Assembly (NCBI GenBank): GCA_037439545.1
Contig: JBBIVV010000010.1
Coordinates: 1 to 62,792, forward strand
DNA: 62,792 nt
From: a bacterium
GTDB taxonomy: Bacteria > JAMCPX01
Direction: 5' to 3'
The notes under the pieces were generated by a model, which was not told the origin of the DNA, did not search any database, and saw only the letters and a list, made by a program, of their open reading frames with translations. Positions 19,441 to 27,469 of the stretch are shown here, in pieces. Position numbers and translations under genes: made by a program. Each line of letters begins with the position of its first letter. Position 1 is the first letter of the stretch.

Positions 19441-21099
19441 TTAAACCATATCAATGTATCCGCAGGGACATTGCTCTGCACATTTCTTGCATCCTATGCA
19501 GAATTCTAATTTGAACTTATAGGGATCGCTTTTGACAGCAGGTTTGACGACAGCGCTATATTGACAGAACATCCAGCATCTCTCACATGAAAAACACTGT
19601 CCGCAGCTCATACACCTCTTTGCTTCTGCCCGCAGTTGTTCTTCCGTAATTGTAGAGCTTATCTCTTCGAAATTGTTTATCCTTTCAGCAACGGGTAGAA
19701 TCTGTTTTTGAACCTTGGGAAGCTTTTCGTAATAACTCAAGTTCATCTGTTTGTGTGAGATTACCGGAAGCGGAATTTCTTTCGGTTCTTCCTTGCCTCT
19801 CAGATGGTTATCAATGGCAAGGGCTGCCTTTCTGCCTAATCCTATCGCCGTTGCCGCAATGTCGAGCTCTTCTGTTACATCTCCACCTGCGTAGACGCTT
19901 TTTTCCGAGGTTTCATAGTGATCATTTATATTTATCCATCCTCTTTCATTCTTGAACCTTTCGAGACCCGTAAAGTCCACTATCTGGCTTATAGCCGTAA
20001 TTATTGCTGTCGATTCCACGACAAACTCAGAACCTTTTATAGCTACCGGCCTCGGTCTTCCGCTTGCATCCGGTGCGCCGAGTTCCATTCTTATACATTT
20101 AATGCCCGTGGCTCTATCGCTGTTTTTAACAACTTCTACCGGTGCAGTGAGGAATTCAAAATGTATACCTTCTTCTTCTGCTTCCTGGATCTCGGTTTTT
20201 ATGGCAGGCATTTCATTGATCGTTCTCCTGTAAAGGATAGTCACATCGGCTCCAAGCCGTTTTGCCACCCTTGCAGCATCTATGGCAGTATCGCCGCCGC
20301 CGATAACGCTCACCTTGTTACCGATATCCACTTTTTTCCCGGAGCTTATCTGTTCAAGAAAATCCACACCCGTGAGCACATTGACGGCATCCTCGCCTGA
20401 AACGTTAAGCTTACTGCCCTTTTGAGCACCTACTGCAATGTATATAATCTGAAATTCTTTTTTAAGGTCCTCGTAGGAAATATCTTTACCGATCTTTACT
20501 CCGCATTTAAGTGTCACCCCAAGACCGAGTATTGCATTGTATTCGGCATCTATAATCTGATCCGGCAATCTGTATCTTGGAATCCCATACCGTAACATAC
20601 CTCCGGTTTTCTCTTTTGATTCAAAAACAGTCACTGAATACCCTCTTCGTGCAAGGTGATAAGCACAGGATATACCTGCAGGACCGGCACCGATAACGGC
20701 AATTTTTTCCGGCAAAATTTGCTCTGTAATTTTTTTATGCTGTAGTTTGTGCTCTATACCATAAGTCCCTATAAAGCGCTCGATATCATTTACCCCCACA
20801 GAGCCATCGTGCGTTTCCCTGTTACATCCCTCTTCGCACGGGTGGGGACACACTCTTCCTGTTACCGCGGGTAAGGGGTTATAATCAGTAACGTGCTCCC
20901 ATATCCGCTCAAAACTCTCACCGTCTTTTATCATGGTCATGTATTCTCTTATGTGTGTCCCGATCGGGCATGAAATCGTACACGGGGGATCTTTTGGTGT
21001 ATATCTTGGCCGCAGTGAAGATCCGCCGATTGCTTCGGATGTATCTCCTCCTCCGAGTCTCAAACCTTTTTTCTTTTTAACAACCTTGAGTTCTGCCAT
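19441..21099 (-). CDS. dsrL: DsrL, NAD(P)H:sulfite reductase-associated flavoprotein, DsrL-2 type
   Basis: GltD/SudA fold (PPCxxxCP, GRVCPHPCEEGC, GAGPAG, GGGDTAID, YRRT) plus C-terminal ferredoxin (CMSCGQCFSCERC, CIGCKKCAEQCPC); follows dsrABD. Confidence 0.93.
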   Translation of the reverse strand: MAELKVVKKKKGLRLGGGDTSEAIGGSSLRPRYTPKDPPCTISCPIGTHIREYMTMIKDGESFERIWEHVTDYNPLPAVTGRVCPHPCEEGCNRETHDGSVGVNDIERFIGTYGIEHKLQHKKITEQILPEKIAVIGAGPAGISCAYHLARRGYSVTVFESKEKTGGMLRYGIPRYRLPDQIIDAEYNAILGLGVTLKCGVKIGKDISYEDLKKEFQIIYIAVGAQKGSKLNVSGEDAVNVLTGVDFLEQISSGKKVDIGNKVSVIGGGDTAIDAARVAKRLGADVTILYRRTINEMPAIKTEIQEAEEEGIHFEFLTAPVEVVKNSDRATGIKCIRMELGAPDASGRPRPVAIKGSEFVVESTAIITAISQIVDFTGLERFKNERGWININDHYETSEKSVYAGGDVTEELDIAATAIGLGRKAALAIDNHLRGKEEPKEIPLPVISHKQMNLSYYEKLPKVQKQILPVAERINNFEEISSTITEEQLRAEAKRCMSCGQCFSCERCWMFCQYSAVVKPAVKSDPYKFKLEFCIGCKKCAEQCPCGYIDMV

Positions 21100-21141
21100 A
21101 ATGTTATCCTCTTTTCTACAGCATTACTGTCAATACTTTTT

Positions 21142-21240
21142 ACCCCGTTAAAAGCCCTGCCTTTATAGCTGAATGCTCTTATAAACTTTCATTCTCTGTA
21201 AAAAGGGCATAGTCTGAAGCTATGTCCTTTTTAACGGGGT
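21142..21240. mobile_element. MITE-like element with 12-bp terminal inverted repeats and an internal hairpin
   Basis: ACCCCGTTAAAA (21142-21153) and TTTTAACGGGGT (21229-21240); internal AAAAAGGGCATAG-tctgaag-CTATGTCCTTTTT. Confidence 0.55.
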
Positions 21241-21507
21241 TTATTTATCAGGCTCTGATCCCTCCTTATGGGGAACCTGGATAGAACTACTTCCGCCGAA
21301 ATATCCATAAACAAGTTTACCTGAATCTATGAGTGTCCTGATGGCTTCTTTACATGCTTCTTTTGAACATCGATCTTCACCGTATTTCTGGATCATAACA
21401 ATCGTTATATCTTTTGCTTTAAGCTGTTTTTTACCCATGTCTTCCTGAACCAGCTTGAAGATCTCGTTTTGAAGCTCATCCATAGGTACCGCATTTAATT
21501 CTGCCAT
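21241..21507 (-). CDS. dsrD: DsrD, winged-helix DsrAB activator
   Basis: 88 aa immediately after dsrB; KEAIRTLIDSGKLVYGYFGGSS wing. Confidence 0.85.
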   Translation of the reverse strand: MAELNAVPMDELQNEIFKLVQEDMGKKQLKAKDITIVMIQKYGEDRCSKEACKEAIRTLIDSGKLVYGYFGGSSSIQVPHKEGSEPDK

Positions 21508-21519
21508 ATAATTACCTCC

Positions 21520-22602
21520 TTAAAGTGTATAGTGGATTGAAGTATTATAGGTTGTAGCTGCAAATCTATAGTCATCAATATGATACTTGGTAAATTCTAT
21601 ACCCGTCTTTTCAAAGAACCTTGGCCATCCGATTCTCTCAATCCATTCGCCTACTCTTTCATATTTCTTAGCGTCCTTGGCATATACTTCAACGATATTT
21701 TTAACTGCATTGACTACCTCAGGCCACCGGGGCGGATTGTTCGGAATATAGGGAATAGCAAGCTTTGAAAACATCGGCGCATGCCGTGCATTGGAAACCT
21801 TACCTCCAACCCAGATGGAAATACCGTCATTCAATGAATTTGCAAGCGGCATTGCAGGACACATCGTGTAGCAATTGCCGCAGAACATACACTTTTCTTC
21901 ATTTACTTCAACCGTCTGAACGCCATTCACAACTACAGGGGCAATAGCTCCTGTCGGGCACGCTGCAACTGTCGTAGGAACTTCACAGAGCTTGTTCAGA
22001 TTCGGCAATATTTTGGGAGGCCTTCTGTGAACACCTAATATGGCTATGTCTGAGCAGTGGACGGCTCCGCACATATTAAGACAGCATGCGAGAGCAATTC
22101 TTAACTTAGCCGGCAGTTTCATTGTATTGAAATAACCATAAAGCTCATCCATCACTGCCTTGACAATACCCGATGCATCGGTAGCCGGTGTATGACAATG
22201 TACCCATCCCTGTGTATGCACTATGTTTGTTATGCTCTTGCCTGTGCCGCCAACGGGATAACCTTTTGATTCAATCTCATTGATAAGCGGATCTATCTTA
22301 CTCTGATCGGTTAAAAGGAATTCGACATTATGCCTGCTCGTAAACCTTAAATAACCTTCGCAATATTTATCAGCAAGATCACATATCATTCTTATAGTAT
22401 CTACATTGATCAGTCTTGGAGATCCCATCCTGACAGTGTAAATCTTGTCGCCTGTTTCGGATACATGAACAAGCACACCTGGTTTCATTATCTCATGGTA
22501 TTTCCATTTACCGTAGTTATTCTTTATAACCGGATTTAAAAACTTATCATACTTCGGCGGACCAATATCCGTTCTTCTTTGTTCTGCCTGTACTGATTCC
22601 AT
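21520..22602 (-). CDS. dsrB: Dissimilatory sulfite reductase beta subunit (reductive type)
   Basis: [44 protein letters not shown]. Confidence 0.99.
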   Translation of the reverse strand: MESVQAEQRRTDIGPPKYDKFLNPVIKNNYGKWKYHEIMKPGVLVHVSETGDKIYTVRMGSPRLINVDTIRMICDLADKYCEGYLRFTSRHNVEFLLTDQSKIDPLINEIESKGYPVGGTGKSITNIVHTQGWVHCHTPATDASGIVKAVMDELYGYFNTMKLPAKLRIALACCLNMCGAVHCSDIAILGVHRRPPKILPNLNKLCEVPTTVAACPTGAIAPVVVNGVQTVEVNEEKCMFCGNCYTMCPAMPLANSLNDGISIWVGGKVSNARHAPMFSKLAIPYIPNNPPRWPEVVNAVKNIVEVYAKDAKKYERVGEWIERIGWPRFFEKTGIEFTKYHIDDYRFAATTYNTSIHYTL

Positions 22603-22620
22603 ACTATTTTCCTCCTTATA

Positions 22621-23826
22621 TTATTTTTCTTCACCCTCTTCTTCGAAGTATTCTTCGTAGAAGATGAATGGATTTTCTCTTGGATTCTTAACCATCTGTG
22701 GTACCGGTGTAAGCTCTAATGCCTCAAGGAATTGTCCCATACCTACTCTTTGTATCAATTCACCGATTCGCTCCCTGTTCTTCCCATACTCTCCCCAGAA
22801 ATCCCATATTTTATCCACGAGGTCTTTGAGTTCTTTATAGGGCGGCTCCATCTTCATAAACGGCACCAGTACCGATGCAAGCTGTGCACCCTGAAGGATT
22901 GGCGCCTTTGCGCCGATGAGGATTGCTGCACCCTTTTCTTTGCCCGGTCTTAATGCCTTTGGCATTGCGTTGATACAATGCATACACTTGTTGCACCATT
23001 TATTGACAATCTTGAGGTCCTTACCATCCCATGACATGCATTTTGTAGGACACAGATCGCATATTTCCGACTGGATATTGACGCCGGCTTTGGCATAATC
23101 GCGTACTGCTGACTGATCTACCTGTATATCGTCCTTCCATATACCGATTATCGACATATCTGATCGTGCCACACTTGCCACGCAATCATTGGGACATCCG
23201 GACATCTTAAACTTCCACTTGTAGGGGAACTGAGGTCTGTGAAGTACATCCTGATATCCCTGGGTAAGATCATAGGTTAGGCCAAGGGTATCATAACATG
23301 CGAATTCGCATCTTGCAGGTCCTACACAACAGCTCGGTGTCCTTAGAACAGAACCTGAACCTCCAAGATCCCAGCCTTTGCTGGTTAATTTGCTGAATAT
23401 CGGTTCAAGGTTATCGGTCGATGTTCCAAGCAGTACCATATCACCCGTAGAACCATGCATATTAGTCAAGCCGGAACCGTGCTGTTCCCAGATATCACAT
23501 ATCTCTCTTAATGCCTTACTTGTGTAGAACCATCCTGATGGCTGGTTCACACGAATAGTGTGGAAATGTGCGACATCAGGAAATTTATCCGGTGAATCGG
23601 AATAGCGCCCTATTACTCCGCCGCCATATCCTCTTACCCCTACGAGTCCACCATGTTTCCAGTGGGTAACCTTATCTTTATAAGATAGCTCGAGCTGGCC
23701 AAGCAGGTCTTTCGCCCGCGGGTTTTTCTCAGCCATCTTCTTGATTTCTTTTACAAAACTCGGCCACTTACCCTTCTCAAGATCATCCAGCAAAGGTGTA
23801 TTAATCTTCTTAGTTTCGTTTGCCAT
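22621..23826 (-). CDS. dsrA: Dissimilatory sulfite reductase alpha subunit (reductive type)
   Basis: [22 protein letters not shown], siroheme Cx5C...GCPNDC, ferredoxin domain; SD AGGAGG. Confidence 0.99.
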   Translation of the reverse strand: MANETKKINTPLLDDLEKGKWPSFVKEIKKMAEKNPRAKDLLGQLELSYKDKVTHWKHGGLVGVRGYGGGVIGRYSDSPDKFPDVAHFHTIRVNQPSGWFYTSKALREICDIWEQHGSGLTNMHGSTGDMVLLGTSTDNLEPIFSKLTSKGWDLGGSGSVLRTPSCCVGPARCEFACYDTLGLTYDLTQGYQDVLHRPQFPYKWKFKMSGCPNDCVASVARSDMSIIGIWKDDIQVDQSAVRDYAKAGVNIQSEICDLCPTKCMSWDGKDLKIVNKWCNKCMHCINAMPKALRPGKEKGAAILIGAKAPILQGAQLASVLVPFMKMEPPYKELKDLVDKIWDFWGEYGKNRERIGELIQRVGMGQFLEALELTPVPQMVKNPRENPFIFYEEYFEEEGEEK

Positions 23827-23869
23827 TATTCCTCCTTTCTCTTTGTTTTAATTATGTTACCTTTTACTT

Positions 23870-23910
23870 TATTCTGTATACAATATACAGAATATTTAAT
23901 ATCGTGTCAA
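23870..23910 (-). promoter_or_regulatory. dsr operon sigma70 promoter overlapped by an inverted-repeat operator
   Basis: Minus strand TTGACA (23910-23905), 17 nt, TATATT (23887-23882); inverted repeat TATTCTGTATA-caa-TATACAGAATA at 23870-23894 covers the -10. Confidence 0.8.
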
Positions 23911-24019
23911 GTAAAATTTACTTTTTTTTACAAAAAAAACATTCTCATTATACCCTTTTCCCCAGATTTATAATCAGTTGTTTTTATTGACTTCTTTGAA
24001 GTTGCGGTCACTTTTTTTG

Positions 24020-24056
24020 TTGAAAATATAAAATTTATATAATATATTGTATACAT
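24020..24056 (+). promoter_or_regulatory. ROK gene promoter with the shared operator
   Basis: TTGAAA (24020-24025), 17 nt, TATATT (24043-24048); TATATTGTATACA runs into ATG 24055. Confidence 0.65.
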
Positions 24057-25029
24057 GAAAAATTATTTTACGGCGATAAGTTTGGCGGATAAACATGCAA
24101 AGATATGCGTTGCTGATGAATCGGTAACCATACAAGGAAGTCATAAAATCCCTCTGCTGGCCAATGTATCTCCTGACAACTTCCTTGCTACCCTGGAGCA
24201 AGGTGTTTTTTCCTTGTTAAAAAAGAAACATATCCAAACAGAAAGCGTTAATGGTATTGCGGTGAGTGTACCTGCTACGGTAGATTATAAAAAAGGCGGC
24301 ATAGAATGTTCTTCTACAATACCGCTCTTAAATGGTATCAATATCAAAGAAAAAATTACTACATCTTTAAAAAAATTCGTTGTCGTGGAAACAGAAGCAA
24401 ATGTACGGGCATATTCAGAGTACAAATTGGGTCATACAAAAGGATATAAAAACTTTATCCTTATCCTTTTAGAGAAAAAAATAAGCGCTGGTGTATATGT
24501 AAACGGCTGGCTTATAAGGAATAAAAGCGGATCTACCTCTGAGCTTGGGCACATCATAATCGAGCCGCATGGAAGGAGATGTAAGTGCTCTAATAGAGGC
24601 TGTCTGGAGGCATACGCATCATCAGACGCAATAGTCAGATATTACCTTAAATATAAAAGAGGAGCTCCGAATAAGAAAATTACCTTTGACGATGTTTATA
24701 AACTTGCCCAGAAATCCGACAGTGCAGCACTCGATGCCTTCTATAGAATGGGCAATTATCTCGGGATTGCAATGACCACAATTATCAATCTGATAAGCCC
24801 TGATGCCGTTATATTTTCAGGTGAAGTAAGCAAGGCATTGAAATTTTTTCTTCCTGCCGTGCAATCGACTTTGTCGGCACGCACGTACTCCCTGCCTTTA
24901 AAAGACATTGTTTATAAAAAGAGCGATCTCAGTGATGATGATAGGATGAGAGGACTACTACACCTTGCAAAGGACAGCTATACCAAGGCATACGATCTCA
25001 GAATAAATGACGATATATTCGTTATTTAA
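24055..25029 (+). CDS. ROK-family protein (no HTH, degenerate ATP-binding loop)
   Basis: ELGHIII...CKCSNRGCLEAYAS zinc motif; N-terminus AISLADKH in place of DxGGT. Confidence 0.85.
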   Translation: MKNYFTAISLADKHAKICVADESVTIQGSHKIPLLANVSPDNFLATLEQGVFSLLKKKHIQTESVNGIAVSVPATVDYKKGGIECSSTIPLLNGINIKEKITTSLKKFVVVETEANVRAYSEYKLGHTKGYKNFILILLEKKISAGVYVNGWLIRNKSGSTSELGHIIIEPHGRRCKCSNRGCLEAYASSDAIVRYYLKYKRGAPNKKITFDDVYKLAQKSDSAALDAFYRMGNYLGIAMTTIINLISPDAVIFSGEVSKALKFFLPAVQSTLSARTYSLPLKDIVYKKSDLSDDDRMRGLLHLAKDSYTKAYDLRINDDIFVI

Positions 25030-25052
25030 ACTTCCTCACCGTATTCTACGGC

Positions 25053-26018
25053 TTAACGGGAATCCAGTATAGCTTTATAAAACTCCTCTTCCTTTATGGC
25101 CTGGATAAAGAGCATGTCCGCAGCGATACTGAAGTCAGGAAGAGGTGACTCGCTTATTTCCTTCAAAACGGCAGAAATATCTGTCCACCGTGAAGCAATC
25201 TGTTTCATCATAGAAATAGTCCTTTTGCCCGCAAATGACTCGAGCGCTTCTCCGTACATCTTTCTGAAACCTCCACCTCCGGTACCCCTTTTTTCTATTA
25301 CCTGATATGCGAACCGCGCAAGCCATTTCCAGTCATCCTGCGTCTTCCATTCGACTATCTTTTTCGACGCAAGCTGTATGCCCTTGATTCCATATCCTTC
25401 AAAATCATCCGGGTTAAGCATGTCCCGGGCATTTCCCTGTGCTGCCTTCATCAATAATTTCTTCTTCTGAAGAGCGAAAACCGGCTTTGAAATGGGAGCA
25501 AAATGCGCATGGGTGCCCTCAGGAAAATTACCGTGAAGAATACTGTCTATCAATGAATCCAAAGAACATTGCGTAAGTCCCTTTCGCTCGGTATCGGAAA
25601 TATATGCGGTATTGTTTTCAACGTCATACCCCCATAAAACGATAACATGCCCGGGAAAGTGAGTTTTACTCTTGTAATAATCGAGATAAAATATATCGGT
25701 CCTCAGCAGGACCGGCACTTTTTTTTCTATGCTTGCCAATAATGCGGCCTTTATTTCTTCTTTTGAATCCGCTTCAGACCACATAAAATCAAACCCGATA
25801 TTCCTGAAAAAAATCTCTTCGATATCCTTTGATCTGAAATGCATCATTCGCGATGGATTCAAACCCTCAATGTACCAGAATCCGACGCCCTGACCTATGA
25901 CGAAACACTCCGGCTCCGACAACTCATAGCCGTAAAAGTGCATAAGGTCTGCACACGCTGTCGAAGCACAATGTCTGCCGGGGATATGTACCCAGTTTTC
26001 AATAATATTCTCACTCAT
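25053..26018 (-). CDS. BtrH-N / DUF4872 papain-like (C39-related) protein
   Basis: HIPGRHCASTA, HFPGHVIVLWGYD, IEKRGTGGGGFRKMY; start may be 26018 or 26027. Confidence 0.8.
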   Translation of the reverse strand: MSENIIENWVHIPGRHCASTACADLMHFYGYELSEPECFVIGQGVGFWYIEGLNPSRMMHFRSKDIEEIFFRNIGFDFMWSEADSKEEIKAALLASIEKKVPVLLRTDIFYLDYYKSKTHFPGHVIVLWGYDVENNTAYISDTERKGLTQCSLDSLIDSILHGNFPEGTHAHFAPISKPVFALQKKKLLMKAAQGNARDMLNPDDFEGYGIKGIQLASKKIVEWKTQDDWKWLARFAYQVIEKRGTGGGGFRKMYGEALESFAGKRTISMMKQIASRWTDISAVLKEISESPLPDFSIAADMLFIQAIKEEEFYKAILDSR

Positions 26019-26162
26019 GAAGTCCATTATAAGCACAAATCGAGGTCCTTTTGCAATCACCGTCCGGCAAAAGGGGAGAAGTCTTTCGACTGACGAGTAA
26101 CAATCTTGACACTGTTCCGATGTGTGTGCTACTGAAAGTAAAATGATAATGAAGGAGGTCTT

Positions 26163-27335
26163 ATGGGCAAAAAGATTTTACTCGCGGATGATTCAATAAC
26201 TATTCAGAAGGTTATTTCAATAACGTTTTCATCCCCTGATTACGAAATTACCATTGTTGACAATGGCAATGATGCAATAAAAAAAGCCGCGGATGTAAAG
26301 CCGGATATCGTTCTCACTGATATAGTAATGCCTGGTAAAAACGGATACGAAGTTTGCGACGCCATAAAAAGCAACCATGCACTGCAAAATATTCCCGTCC
26401 TCCTGCTCACTGGGGCTTTTGAGGCTTTTGATGAGCAAAAAGCAAAACAGGCAGGCGCTGATGCATGGCTGTCGAAACCCTTCGAAACACAGGCGCTGAT
26501 AGACAAAGTCCATACATTGATATCGAAACCTGCGGTAAAAAAACCGGCAGATTCGAGGCCGACAGTTGCCAGGGCTGCAACAGCACCGCCGCCATCGCCA
26601 TCTAAACCTGGCACACCGCCGCCGCCGCCGCCAAGAAGACCGGCCACAATAAGTGCACCGCCGCCGCCCCTGCCGCCTCAGAGGCCGGCACCGCAGATAC
26701 CCAGAGAACATATTGAAGAAATAAAAGAATTATCGGAAGCAGAGACTTTTGGGATAACAGACGATACGATTGGCGATGAGTCTGGCTGGGAAACCGTACC
26801 GCTCGGCGATAACAAGGAAACACCTGCGCCTGTTGAAGAAAAAGTAGAAGAATTGATAGAAGAAGACTTTCCTATAGAGAAGCTTTCCTCGGAACAGTTC
26901 GAAGAACCGGTTTTGGATAAAGGATCGGCAGAGGAGGAATTGTCAGTGGGCTTCGGAGATCTTGAAGAAGCTATGGATGAAGAGGAACCGAAGCAAGGAG
27001 AGTCTGCCTCTGGATCTTATGAGAAAACTTATGATTTAAAGGAAATGACTAACCCTGCCGAAGAAGAGCTTATAACTCACAATGAGGTCGCGCCGGTTAT
27101 CGGATTGAACAAAGAAGAACTGTTAGCACAGGCATCCGTAAAGATAGAAGACATGCTTAAGAATATTCTGCCTGATAAACTTGATGCCGAAATTAAGAAT
27201 GCCGTCGAGAGCAAAATTGAAGCTATAATAAGAGAGGTTGCAGAGAAGGTCATATGGGAAGTAGTCCCTGCCTTAACAGAAACATTGATCAAAGAAGAGA
27301 TACAGAGGATGAAAACGGTAAAGAAAAAACCTTGA
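26163..27335 (+). CDS. romR: RomR-like response regulator (receiver, Pro-rich linker, acidic region, conserved C-terminal helix)
   Basis: LLADDSITIQKVI receiver; poly-Pro linker; EKVIWEVVPALTETLIKEEI C-terminal motif; upstream of valS. Confidence 0.8.
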   Translation: MGKKILLADDSITIQKVISITFSSPDYEITIVDNGNDAIKKAADVKPDIVLTDIVMPGKNGYEVCDAIKSNHALQNIPVLLLTGAFEAFDEQKAKQAGADAWLSKPFETQALIDKVHTLISKPAVKKPADSRPTVARAATAPPPSPSKPGTPPPPPPRRPATISAPPPPLPPQRPAPQIPREHIEEIKELSEAETFGITDDTIGDESGWETVPLGDNKETPAPVEEKVEELIEEDFPIEKLSSEQFEEPVLDKGSAEEELSVGFGDLEEAMDEEEPKQGESASGSYEKTYDLKEMTNPAEEELITHNEVAPVIGLNKEELLAQASVKIEDMLKNILPDKLDAEIKNAVESKIEAIIREVAEKVIWEVVPALTETLIKEEIQRMKTVKKKP

Positions 27336-27365
27336 CCCTGTAATCACAACAATGCCTCATGCAGA

Positions 27366-27398
27366 CAGGGGCGTTCCGCGACATACGGAACGCCCCTG
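27366..27398. repeat. REP-like perfect hairpin
   Basis: CAGGGGCGTTCCG-cgacata-CGGAACGCCCCTG. Confidence 0.6.
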
Positions 27399-27469
27399 CA
27401 AATTATACTATCCTCCACCTGCATAAATGTTTTAAGTTTCATTTCAATGTGATATACATATTGGTTATT

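Noticed and set aside
11890..23826. Oxidative (reverse) Dsr because dsrL is present
   Set aside because: dsrD is present, dsrEFH is absent from the block, and the DsrAB/DsrK motifs look reductive-type; direction cannot be proven from sequence alone.
23910..23922. AGTAAAATTTACT near the dsrA -35 as a Rex site
   Set aside because: It does not fit TTGTGAA-N4-TTCACAA; a short AT-rich palindrome that may be chance or an UP element.
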